From Eutreptiella sp. 'Long Island Sound 2002' (taxonomy: Eukaryota > Protista > Euglenida): a stretch of 64,000 nt of DNA. Within the stretch, counting starts at the first letter, position 1, and the number at the start of each line of letters is the position of its first letter. Position numbers and translations under genes: made by a program. The stretch spans positions 100,502,001-100,566,000 of the forward strand of contig OZ038378.1 of the NCBI GenBank assembly GCA_964036045.1, in the 5' to 3' direction. The notes beneath the pieces are model-generated. The model did not search any database. It saw only the letters and a program-made list of their open reading frames with translations, and was not told the origin of the DNA. Positions 22,814 through 34,921 of the stretch are shown in pieces.

Positions 22814-25034
22814 ATGGCAGCTCAATCTGAAGTGGGGCTGCAAATTGATGACGGGGACGATCCCAACATAGATGACCCAGGGATGACTGACGCGGACATG
22901 CTGAATGATGGGCAGTCCACACAAGCCCTGTTGTTGACGCCAGTGGGGGCTACCTCAGGGTTCGATCATGAAACCATCAAGTTGTCCATCCAGGCGATTT
23001 TGCAGAGAATAACTCAGGCCCAGGAGGGGTAGACGAAGATGTAGGAATGCGACTAATCACAAGGAGATGCGAGCTCGCTCTCACAGGCTCAAGAAGCGTG
23101 TTGGGCATACGCATGCGAGGTTCATCTGTGCAAAGCAATGGCAGCCAAGAAGCTGCAGGATATGGACTTGCCAGACTCGAGTTTGAAAACGGCGGTGCAG
23201 CAGCTATTTAAAGCAAAATTGCACTACCGGGAGCTCGAACAACAGCTCGTGCAGCTACGTCAACAGGACGATGGGCTGAAGACGGAGCAGGGCGAGAAGA
23301 CGGTCCGGCAATGGACAAAGGTGCGAGATCAAGATCTGTTGTTGCTCGATCAGGTCACAATGTTATGTCTTTCCCCTGGGGACCCGGCGGCGATCAAGGC
23401 TATGGGAGATTGACAACCAGCAGTCTACTATCGATGCGCAGCACAAGGCGCTAAAAACAATGGTAGGGGCATCGCAAGCCCCATTGCTGCGGGCTTCTGC
23501 TAGGCTGACACATCTTGGGAAGCGAGAGAGGCTAGAAGATGGTTCTTTGAGCCAGGGGGAGCGAGAGTCTTTGTCCCGGGGTTCTGCATTCAACACTTCT
23601 ACTATGGAGAGGGTCAAAGCGGCACGTGAGCAGATACAGAAGGCGTCGAAGCCATTAAATGGCACAACGATGAGCGACGGCGACATAGAGCAATTGTTGC
23701 TGTAATATAGATGGGAGTCCGTTGGAAAAATATTTCAGGAGGAGACTCTGTTCCGGTCCAAGCCCGAGAATCCAATAGTTCGGTGGTCCGCGCTCAAGGA
23801 GTTCACTCGGGAACAAATGAAGCAGTTGATGGCCCACCAAACCATGGATGTCCTGGTGGTGGTAGCGGAGGAGGAAATGGACGCCTTTCATAGGCAGGCC
23901 TCACAGTTGTGTTCCAAGGTGGAGTGCGGAAGAGTAGATTTTCTCATACAGCTCAAGGATGCGGAGCCAATACTGCCAAATCTGGGCCCGAGGCTGGCGC
24001 ACAAGATACCGTGGCCGGTGCGCAGTGTGCACCGGCATGAGCAGTTTCTCTCGAGCCTCCAAAATGAGTGATGGGTCGTGCAGGCATTTCGCCCTGGCGT
24101 TATCATCTCAGGAGGGCAGACAAGCCTAGCTGCAACCTCGGTTTGGTTCTGCTATCTGTCTGATGGACCCATGAGAATCGATCGGCCTTCGACCGATAAC
24201 CCTGCGGCAGCCGGAGGAGAACGAGTACGTCGTGCAAATAGGCAACCGCATTATACCGCAAGTTCTCAAGACGATGGGTAAGAAAGGGCCTGAGTATGCC
24301 ACTACCTAGGGTCGCACGAAGGGGCAACCGCGATTGGTTATGCATACAATGCAACCTGACGAGCTGGAGTCCATGATACACAACCTGGCGGATACACCAT
24401 GGTTCGCGGTGAGCACAGCAAAGGCGCACAGCGGTAGGGCGTTTCTGGACTGCCACTTGGTGGCTGAATGCTTCCTGGTAGGGCCACACAAGGACGAGAT
24501 TGTGCCGAAGCTCCGGTCCATGATCTACAAAACGACAACGGCGGCACTCACACCAGGTCTTGCGGATTTCCAAACACGCGTGCTTAATGCGTACAAGATT
24601 TGGCTTGGCGTGACGACAGAAAGGCCGCAGAGACGTGGCTGTCTACAGTCCTTCCAGAGCTGGAGATGACTAGCATTCAGGTAAAGAACCAAAGGACACA
24701 ACAACCGGAGCTGGAGTTTGTTCGGAGAGCGCCGTTTGCGCCCGGGGATGCCACGCTAGTGGCCTGGCGCATTCGAGGACAACACCTATATCAGCCGTCT
24801 GGCTGTGTTCTACGAGACAACACCACAGGGGACAACATATACGTCATGTTGGGGAAGCAATATGCTGCGGCGCGACAAAGGCACCGCGAGGGAGGAAAGA
24901 AGTCGCATAAGAAGAAATCTACGTCGGACCAGGCCCGAGAGATAATACAGAAGGTGTTCCGATGCAAGACGTATGCAGCTGCAGCGAGGTCGGCAGGTAA
25001 AGAAGGCGGCAAGGGAAATGGAGGGAAGTGGTAG
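22814..25034 (+). pseudogene. LINE-A ORF1 (~740 codons; acidic N-terminus, coiled-coil, basic C-terminus); stops and frameshifts
   Basis: Chain of plus-strand ORF pieces from MAAQSEVG to ...GKGNGGKW*, lying directly upstream of ORF2. No recognisable named domain. Confidence 0.65.
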
Positions 25035-25086
25035 TGAAGCCGGGGGTCGGTAGGCTAGGCCGACCCTGACGCGGCCAATCGTGGCA

Positions 25087-28000
25087 ATGACACACAATAT
25101 TAACGGGTACCCTAGAGAAGGAATTAGGGATGGCATGAAGACTGTCCGTTATGAGCACCTGTTCGGAGCAGCCAAGAGGGCGGACGCGGCGCTGATTGGT
25201 GTGTAGGAGCATCATGCGCGCACGTGGGGCTCATATGACACCATGGTGTCACAATAGCTGACAAAGCGGTGGGGCCAAGTGGCAGTGCTGTCTGGGGAAA
25301 CCCGGGGGCAGCGCTCTTCTGGCGCCAAGACACTTGGGAGTGTGTGGGGTCCTTCTCCATCACACAGCGAACGGTAGGAGCTTTGCTCCATGACAAGGAA
25401 GGCGAGGCCTGGTTGACGATCTCAGTGCATTTTCCAAATGAGCCACAGCTGCAGCAGCAGCTGTGGGACCGATTAGCAGCGGTACGCAGGAGCTTGGAGG
25501 GCTACCCGTTTGTTTTGCTGTCCGATCACAACTCTATCCTCTTGCCGATGGAGGATGACTGGAACGTATGGAAAGGAGGACCGCCAGCGGTGGAATCGCA
25601 GGCGATTAAAGAAGCACGCACAGCGGAGGCGCGGGTCATGAGTCGACTGGGGCTGCGGGATGTGTGGCGCCACATCTACGATGATGTGGATCACGAGGTG
25701 GCGGTGGGTCCCACGTGTGGCCATCGACGGATTGACAGAGTCTTGTTATCGTCCAGCTACGGAGCTCTGCTGGGTGGAGCGTTCAGGACGGGGAAGGGCA
25801 AGTCAGATCATCAAGCAGTTGCGGTGCGGCTGGTGCCAGAGTGCAGTATGGGGGGACCGCGTAGGTGGAGGCTGCCGGCACACTATCTGGGGGACGGAGA
25901 GGTCAAGGAGGAAGTCCAAGGAATTATGGGAGAAATTTCTGCACTGCGGGGAGTGGAGTGGTGGAATTTTATGCTGGACAATGTCCAGCACTCGGTGAGG
26001 TCGTTGAATAAAGGTAAGAAGCGATGGAACTCAGATGTGTGTCCGATGCAGACGGCGCTTTGTCAATCGACGATAGAGCATATCTCGCCACTGCGGGAGC
26101 ACCTCCTGACGAGGGAGGGGTCGCCTAGGTCAAGCGCAAAGGAGGCGTACAAACACCTACAGTACTTGCTGGAGAGGGAGAAATCTCAAGTCCAGGCGGA
26201 TGAAGTGCTTTGTCTGCATAGGGAAGTATCGTCCAATGAGTCGCTAAACGAGACGACGGACAAGTCAAAGCATAGGCAAGCGCAAGTAAAAAGACTACTG
26301 CGGCAGATGAAGGAACGCCTGCAGCTGACTGTCATTAAGTAAGCGCAGGGGGAGCTGCTCACCAACTCTCAGGAAGTGGGGCGGGAGCTCGCCAGATTTT
26401 GGGGCCGCATAATGGCGCCCAACGGGGCCTCCATACCAGAGCGAGGATGCTATTTGGCAGGTAGACTGGGGAGATGGAGCACGATGGGAAGCCTGTGGAA
26501 AGAACCCACAGTGTCAATGGCGGAGGAGGCACTGTCCAAGTTGGATCCGAACTTGGCTCCCAGAGAAAAGGATATTCTAGCGGGATTTTACAAACTATTT
26601 CCGAAAGAGTTTACTAGGAGGATCATGGAGGTCGTGCCAAAGTTGCATGGATCTAGACGTATGCCGCCCCACTGGACGATGGGAATGGTGAGATGCATTC
26701 CTAAAGGCCAGGGCAAGATCTCGGTGGAGGATCAGCGTCCAAATACTCTTCTCAACACGAAGGTGAAATCGATCACAGGTGTTTTGAAGAAGTCCATGCA
26801 GGACATCATCATGGCCGTGGTGCCGGCGTCAATGAGAGGCTTTATTCCGGAACGAGATACCAAGCCGCACTTATTGTCGGTCCATTCTTAGTGGAGAACG
26901 GGAACATCGGGCGTTTGGCCGAGCCTCGATTTTGCAAAGGCATTTGACAGCACGAATCACACGCTGCTGGGCGACTTTCTGCTCTTGCTAGGGCTAAAGC
27001 AGGCGTGGTGTGAAGTCCTGCTGGATTTTTTGGGCAGTGAGCTGTTGTTCCTGGTCGGCCCAGTGTTGGTAGACGCCGTCTTGCAGCCAAAATGTGGGAT
27101 CAAACAGGGCGACACATTGTTACCAACCTGTTCTCGTCGTTGACAACACTCGTGGTGAACGACTTGCAAAAGAAGTGCCCTCAAGCGGTGCCATATCTTT
27201 ATGCGGACGATATGCTGATCTGGATACCAGGAGGGCGCAGACAGGCGCTGGCGAGGCTGAAACGAGTGAAAGAGGTACTTTACAAGTATTCCCTCGTGTC
27301 AGGGTATAAACTGAACATGCACAAGTGCAAATTATTACCACAGTGGTGGTCATTCGAGGAGGCGGATTTGAACAACGAAGGAGAACATAAGGGCATTAAA
27401 GTGGACCATCGGGTGGAATATCTGGGCACGTGGCTGGGACATGTCACATTTGACGAGCAGTTTGCTAAACCGCTGAGGGCGTTCTGCGACAAGACATCGT
27501 TCATCGCCACGCTACCGCTTACGTTAGCTCAAAAGATGGAGGTGCTGAGGGTGTGGGCCTTCCGTACTCTCTTTTACGTAGCCACACCCTTTTACCCGAC
27601 AGATGTTGTGCACCGATAGCTGGATGCGTGCATGCGATGGGCGCTGGGAATTAAACCGTGGGGTCTACCAGTGGCACAAATGATGCAGTCAGGGAACAGC
27701 GGAGGGGTGTCGCCTATGTGCGCTCCGGATTATGCACTGTGGGCGCACTTGCGCTTCTACGTGGAGTATCTCAGAAAGCCGGGGCCCGTCCACACGGCCC
27801 TATGGAAGGAGATGAAAAGGGCCATGACTCGCCGAAGGAAAATCCTGGATACCCGGTATCAGCAGCTAATCATATGCTGGCATATCAAGCCCAAGCAGGG
27901 CACTCCGACATTGATGACGTCCGCGGCGGCGTATTCACACTTTGGCAAAGCTATGCAAGGGTTGTGGATTCCACGGAACTGTGTGCTGCGAATACCACTG

Positions 28001-29354
28001 TGGTGCTCCAGAGTGTTTTTGACGGCCCAAGGCAGGCCGTACTTCTGCAGAGCGTTGTCCAAGGCGTGCGTGCTGACAGTGGGGGACATCATTTCCCCCA
28101 GTGGGGATATTCATGCGCATCTGCTGGCTAAGGTAGCGAGATCATTCAGAGATCTTTACGAGAGACAGTTGACGCTGATGGCTTGCGCGATCAAGAACGG
28201 AGCAGGGGTTCACATACCGGGCAGAACATCCCTAGAACCGGAGTCTTGGCCGATGCGGGAATTATCAGCGGGCTGCGCAGCATTAGCAGAGCCTGAGGGT
28301 CGCCAGGCCCTTGGAGTTTCGGAAGCGCTTGCTAAATTGCGCCTGCCAACTGGGCTGCAGGACTTTGTTCGCCAGGCACTATGGCGGAAGCTAGAGGTCT
28401 CAGTTCGCATGCTGCTATGCCGTCAGGCACCAACGGCGGTATGTGCGCTCTGCGGAGATAGAGAGGATCATCATCATGCGTTGAAGTCCTGCCCCTTTCT
28501 AGAGCGGGGGATCGCCTTAGCTAGAGTTTCCTGGTCGCTGCGGTTTAACAAGCATGCATTGGTGCAGCCTTCGCGCATTTGCCGGGACTTGGCCCAGCTT
28601 TCGCTGAGCACGCATGTTCGTCTTTTCATGTTTGGCGGTTCTTTTCGCACGCTGCAAACATCGTTGTGACGTGGTCTTTGGGCGCGCGCGGCCTGATCCC
28701 TCCTGGGTGCTGGCCCGGCTGCACGGTATATTGGGGGCGTGGGCAGCAGAGCACGACCCCTCAATCCCACGATCTGATATTCTGGAACTTAGGAGACGGG
28801 TGTCACTTTGGGTGCAAACTCAGCAGCTTTGCTTTCGCATAGCAGTTGGGGACATGCCCCTCGAGGCGGGGGTGCCGGCGGGGCAAGCCAGGTTTCAAGA
28901 CAGAGGCTCATTGGTCACAACACGCGATCCAACACGCCTGCGGGCGTTCGTGCTAAGCCAACCCAGGGGATATGCTGTGCTGTCGGGGGGGGTCGCCAAG
29001 CAGGCCGATGCCACACATGCGGCGGTGTCTTCATAGCATCAACTGCTCCGTACGATTACGTGGCTGCCAGTGACAGTGCCAGGATGAGCGCCGCTGACTG
29101 TTTTATGTTGGAATGCGCTTGTTCAGAACATTCTGACTTCGTCCATGCAGGACACGCTATTGCAGCCGAATGAGCTTATGCTGAGCAAGGCACCGCGAGA
29201 GGCATGGGGGGGGGGTGGCACGCACAAATGCAAGGCAAAGCGATCGATGTGTTTCTGTGGTCGCTTCCAGCGACGGGGGAAAAGTCAGTGCAGGATATGT
29301 TACAGGGCGCCATGGCGGACGCCCTGCAGCGATAGGAGGTCCAGATGGTGATGG
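25087..29354 (+). pseudogene. LINE-A ORF2 (APE endonuclease, RT, CCHC, C-terminal extension)
   Basis: MTHNINGY, LIGV*EHH (QE motif), LLSDHN, RRIDRVLL, KSDHQAV, LYADDMLIW, VEYLGTWLG, CALCGDREDHHHALKSC, and terminal CFCG...QCRICYR. Confidence 0.92.
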
Positions 29355-30177
29355 ATTCGACCGCTGAGATTCTTTCCACGGCGGATACGGGTGCAGCCTC
29401 GGATTTTTCTTTGGGCTCAGAACCGGTTGCAATGGGGAGTGACACACGGATGGACAACGACTCGTCCCAGGGTACGTTGCCGTCACCAATGGTCATTAGT
29501 GACTGAGGGACAACGTGGTTGTTGGGCCAGTTTGGCCCTTGATCAGTATGATCAGTTTCACATGTTGGACTGTTTATGTTCCAGGGGGGTGGCCAGGAGT
29601 GGGAGGCCATCTAAGTGAGCCCAAGAGCGACGGGGGGCAGGCAAAAGGCAATGAACAGGCAATGACAGGAGAGACAGCGACATGGTTGTTGGGCCATTTG
29701 GGCCTTCGATGGGTATGATGTGTTTCATATGTTCACTGGTTGGATGTTACACAGTGAGCACAGAGCTTAGAGAAACATGGCAAGCAGAACTCAGGGAAGC
29801 AGGGCAAGCAGGGCAAGCAGGGGACCGTGAACAATTGAAGACAGGGCAGTGAGAGCGACATGGTTGTTGGGCCAGTTGGGCTTTTGATCAGTGTGATTTG
29901 TTTCACATGTTCACTGGTCGGAAGTTACACGGAGTGCACAGTTTGCGTGGTGAGGTGAGCAGAGGTAAGCAGCGGTCTGGGCAAAGGGCACAGGGTCGAA
30001 TGGCGACGTGAACATTGCGCAGAGAGCGCAGAGAACACATCTGAGGGTCCAGGGTCCAGGGTCCAGGGTCAGGGGAGAAGAACATAGCATTAAGGGCATT
30101 AGGAGCGACGACCGCAGTCGAACAAGAGCGCACAGAAAATGGATGGTACATCCATACATACATCCATACATACATAC

Positions 30178-31060
30178 TGCGGGGAGGGGCTGACAAAACA
30201 GGCGGAGGCCACACAGGCACATATGTCCTCAGGACATCGACCACTCCGTGGGATTGCGTGGCTATTGATGACAGTGCCTGGGTGTGCGCCGCTGACTATT
30301 TTTTGTTGGAGTGCATTTGTTCCGAACATTCTTACGTCATCAATGCAGGACGAGCTCTTACGGCCCAATGAGCTTATGCTAAGCAAAGCGCCGCGAGAGG
30401 CATGGGGGGGTGTGCACACACACATCCAAGGCAGGGCGGTCAATGTATTTATGTGGGCACTACCAGCGACGGTGGAAAGGGCAGTGTAGGCGCTGTTGCA
30501 TAGCACACTGGCACATGCCCTGCAGCGCCAACAGATCCAAATGGTGGTCAATTCTACTATTGACATTTTGTCAACGGCAGACACGAGTGCTCCCTCGGAT
30601 TTGTGTGGGCTCAGACCTTGGGACAGATGGGAGAGGCGAACGCATGGACAACGACTTGTCACAAGGATCGTTGTCGTCCGCAATAATCATCAGTGAGTGA
30701 GGGGCAAACTGGTTGTTAGGCCAATTTGGCCATAGATCAGTATGGTTAGTCTCACATGTTGGTCTGTTTATGTTCCGGGTGTGGCACTAGAACACAAGAG
30801 CCCAGCTCAATGAACAACACGGCGGAGAGAGAGTGACTGTGAGAGAGAGAGAGAGAACGCGCACTGAGAGAGAGGGACATCCTTGTCGGGCCAGTTGGGC
30901 CTTTGATCAGTATGATCTGTTTCACATGTTCGTTGGTTGGATGTAACGCGGAGTGCACAGCGTGCACAACAAGCAAAGAACGCTGAGCAGGTGCTTACTA
31001 GCGAGGGAGAGGGACATGGTTGTTAGGCTAGTTGGGCCTTTGATCAGTATGGTGTACCAC
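30178..31060 (+). mobile_element. LINE-A diverged, 5'- and 3'-truncated copy
   Basis: Homologous to 28985-29760 (NELMLSKAPREAWG and the 3' UTR modules); starts right after the CATA tail of the full-length copy. Confidence 0.85.
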
Positions 31061-31233
31061 ATATTTACACGGTATGCAGGGCTCCACGCAATTGTACTAT
31101 GGCTTGTGACCCCTGTACGCACATATTTTCTTGTGCTCTTTGCTCTTTGAAAGTAGTTTTCACCCCATTTTAATTTTGACTGAAAAAAATTGTTTTGTAC
31201 CCGAAAGTAACAGTTGCATAGGTAGATGACGTC

Positions 31234-32480
31234 ATGACTATGAAAAAAAGTGACGATGGGGTTTATAGGACCAAAATTTGCTGCCGTGGCAAATCTGTTC
31301 CTATTCCCATTGTTGATGTCCATTGTCGTGCACATGAGGCCCAAAAAGTATTTCATGACCGTCATGTAAAAGCTTGGGGCAAAAATGTGTATCCTCCAGT
31401 GGTTTCACAATTTGATGTGCCACCGGTGATTGCCTGCGTCTTGCGTTCTTGTCACGGCCATCGTCTAGCAACCAAGGAAGAGGGATACAATGACCACTAG
31501 GCCGTCTCAAGGTCGCCGGCGTTCCACGGCATCTCGAATGTTCGAAAAGAAGATAATGAGCGCACCTGCAATGCTCTGCAAAAGGCGGCCAAACAAAAGG
31601 GGCAAGCAACAGATCCAATAGAAGCGAACAAGGTGCCTATTCATCGTGCCAAGTGGCAAAAGGCCACTTGGCTTTCTACGTTCTACTTGGCGCTTTACGC
31701 TCTCCTTTAAGCCACGGCCCATGCTCACGTTTCCTAGGAACACAGTCCTGCCCAGAAATAAAGATTTCCCCAAATACGCGATGAAGGGCTAGTTTGAGCA
31801 ACAGAATAAGTGCTTGGGGTGGGTGACAATTGAGGGGACAAAATTTAAGCTCTAGGGCTTGGGCATGTGGGACGCATTCCCACAAGGCAGATTTGGACAT
31901 ATCATTATGTCGGCAGCCCGCCGCGACAAGCATATGCTCACCAACTATCGGACCGCCCTCGATCAGAGGGCAATTATGCCGGCGGACACTAGCTACCCTC
32001 ACGGATGCCTCCCAGACACCCCACACACAAGCATGCGCACATACGTGCCCCCGATCTTGCTGGTCCGTTTTGTAGATAACGTGTATCTTGGTATAAGACG
32101 GGTGCATGAGCGCTCCGCTGATCTGCCTGCTGCCCTTGTATTCGTTCAAACCTTGCTTGGTGTTGTATGTGATATCCCACTGAAGTGGGAAAAAAGTGGC
32201 CATGTGGTGGACCAGTGTGAGGCGCGACTCGTGCCTCGGCCCGAGGTAGCATGCCTGATGAACGGGGTGACTTTCCAACACCCCTCCACCAGGTCCAGCA
32301 CCCAATTTGCTACTCTGGGACAAATGGGTTGACTGATTCTCCCCCAATGCACCCACGGTATATAAATCCGTGGTGCCAATTTTGACCTACAAGGCGGTGG
32401 TGCTAGCACGCATCGACTTGAATAGGCAAGTGCATCTGGCGTCTTTGGTGCGTGGATTTTATACAATAGTTGTGCCTACG
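31234..32480 (+). pseudogene. Penelope-like (PLE-type) reverse transcriptase remnant, 5' part
   Basis: NKDFPKY (motif A-like), KFKL*GLGM (motif B'-like), LLVRFVDNVYL (motif C), then after a frameshift SPNAPTVYKSVVPILTYKAVVLA...LVRGF (resembles the PLE thumb). Confidence 0.6.
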
Positions 32481-32889
32481 TCCCGGATATCTGCCGGTAT
32501 CCCGTGGCATAGGCACGGATACCGACCGGAGGTATCCGTGCCTATGCCACGGGATACGGGCAGATATCCATGGCATTGGGCACAATTCTTATATCCGTGG
32601 CATTAGGGCCCGAGGATATCGGCAGATATCCGTGGCATATGCCACAGGATAGATGTGCCCAACCATTCCCCTTCACTCATTGCTTCCTTGAGCCATGCAC
32701 AACACAACAATTGTGGACGCCAACAATTTCGGAAAGTTTTGTGAATAGACGTCTAAGTTGGAGCACTGCACAATGTGCTCTCTATCGATGCAAAAATATG
32801 ATGCCAATCTGTATGAAAGTACACTTAGCCATAAATGAAAAAGTACCATGAGGTCATGGTGCCAATTACCGGGAACCAATCATTTCGGT

Positions 32890-33045
32890 CATGCATGTCT
32901 CACATGCCCACAATCCATGCTTTGCAGGAAACTGAAGCTTGGCACATGACAAGTGGTAAAAAGCATGACAAACATCACAAGTCATAGGTCGCTGCCCCGC
33001 AGATGCAGCATTCTTCTTAATAGGATAGTCACAACGATACCATTG
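32890..33045 (-). pseudogene. PHD-finger fragment (copy 1)
   Basis: RCDYP...MTCDVCHAFYHLSCAKL...LWACETC matches the C-terminal PHD pattern C-x2-C-x4-H-x2-C...W-x-C-x2-C. Confidence 0.75.
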
Positions 33046-34035
33046 TTGCTTTTCCTCTATCACCTAAACTTTGCGAACCTCCGCGGGTGGCCCCTCAAAC
33101 CTAGCAGAGTCGAAAGGAGATGGGATGGCTGTGAGGTCGTGGCTCGTCATTATTCGTATCATTCCTATTCTCATTTTTCTTCTTCATTGTACTATTATTA
33201 TCATTCTTTAATTTTTGCCATTTCTTAATGATGATGGTGATGATGTCATTGCTATGCAAGCCGGTTTTTTCTAGTTGCAAACCGCACTTTTGGTTACTCA
33301 ACAGTTTTTTCCGGTTGCCAAGTAATAGTGATTTTCAGCTTTAAAACTTTAAAAGTAAAATTTGATTTAATTGAAAATTTTTCGGTTAGGGTTAGGGTTC
33401 GGGTACCTCCCACAGGATATCCGCAGATATCCGTGGCATATGCCCGGGATATCGGCAAATATCCGTGGCTGTTGTATCCCGGGCATATGCCACAGATATC
33501 TGCCCGTAAGCTCGGGCCCTTGCCACGGATACAACTACAAATAGTACACCAAAGGATGGTGGTGGCCCCCACTGAGGTCCGCCCTCATGTCCTTAGCTAA
33601 GTTGCACCTAGTGCCGAACTTCTTGATCCGCAAATGGGCAGGGGAGGGACAGGGTCTCCGGTTGGTATCCGTGCCTATGCCACGGGATACAGGCAGATAT
33701 CCATGGCATTAGGCACAATTCTTATATCCGTGGCATTAGGGCCCGAGGATATCGGCAGATATCCGTGGCATATGCCACGCGATAGATGCGCCCAACCCTT
33801 CCCCTTCACTCATTGCTTCCTTGAGCCATGCACAACACAACAATTGTGGACGCCAACAATTTCGGAAAGTTTTGTGGATAGACGTCCAAGTTGGAGCACT
33901 GCACAATGTGCTCTCTATCGATGCAAAAATATGATGCCAATCTGTATGAAAGGGACATTGTTCCGTACACTTAGCCATAAATGAAAAATTACCATGAGGT
34001 CATGGTGCCAATTACCGGGAACCAATCATTTCGGT

Positions 34036-34191
34036 CATGCATGTCTCACATGCCCAGGATCCATGCTTTGCAGGAAACCGAAGCTTGGCACATGACAAGT
34101 GGTAAAAAGCATGACAAACACCACAAGTCATGGGTCGCTGCCCCGCAGATGCAGCATTCTTCTTAATAGGATAGTCACAACGATACCATTG
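34036..34191 (-). pseudogene. PHD-finger fragment (copy 2)
   Basis: MTCGVCHAFYHLSCAKL...SWACETC. Confidence 0.75.
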
Positions 34192-34689
34192 TTGCTTTTC
34201 CTCTTTCACCTAAACTTTGCGAACCTCCGCGGGTGGCCCCTCAAACCTAGCAGAGTCGAAAGGAGATGGGATGGCTGTGAGGTCCTGGCTCGTCATTATT
34301 CGTATCATTCCTATTCTCATTTTTCTTCTTCATTGTACTATTATTATCATTCTTTAATTTTTGCCATGTCTTAATGATGATGGTGATGATGCCATTGCTA
34401 TGCAAGCCGGTGTTTTCTAGTTGCAAACCGCACTTTTGGTTACTCAACAGTTTTTTCCGGTTGCCAAGTAATAGTGATTTTCAGTTTTAAATCTTTAAAA
34501 GTAAAATTTGATTTAATTGAAAATTTTTCGGTTAGGGTTAGGGTTCGGGTACCTCCCACAGGATATCCGCAGATATCCGTGGCATATGCCCGGGATATCG
34601 GCAGATATCCGTGGCTGCTGTATCCCGGGCATATGCCACAGATATCTGCCTGTAACCTCGGGCCCTTGCCACGGATATAACTACAAATA

Positions 34690-34921
34690 GTACACCAAAG
34701 GATGGTGGTGGCCCCCGCTGAGGTCCGCCCTCATGTCCTTAGCTAAGTTGCACCTAGTGCCGAACTTCTTGATCCGCAAATGGGCAGGGGAGGGACGGGG
34801 TTTCAGGCTTGCCCTCGGGCTGTTGAGTGCTACGCCTCGCACCGGGCTCTCAGGCCACCTCGACGTTTGGTGTGCAAACATGAATGTCTGGTCGGGAACA
34901 GGGTGCATGGACTCAGTCTGA
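34690..34921 (+). pseudogene. Probable continuation and C-terminus of the Penelope-like RT ORF
   Basis: YTKGWWWPPLRSALMSLAKLHLVPNFLIRKW follows LVRGF once the insertion is removed. A near-duplicated TACA(A)ATAGT lies on both sides of the insertion. Confidence 0.45.

Larger units (their letters stand above)
22712..30177 (+). mobile_element. LINE-A, apparently full-length (~7.5 kb): ORF1, ORF2 (APE-RT-CCHC), 3' UTR, (CATA)n; inactivated
   Basis: Starts immediately after the preceding copy's tail and ends GAAAATGGATGGTACATCCATACATAC. Confidence 0.9.
32485..34680. mobile_element. Foldback-like insertion with modular GATATC/GCATATGC-rich inverted ends, present as a ~1.14-kb tandem duplication (32531-33651 and 33664-34797, including flank)
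   Basis: ORF pairs are offset by 1146. The end clusters at 32590-32650 and 33480-33535 are inverted relative to each other. Each unit carries GGTTAGGGTTAGGGTT. Confidence 0.75.
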
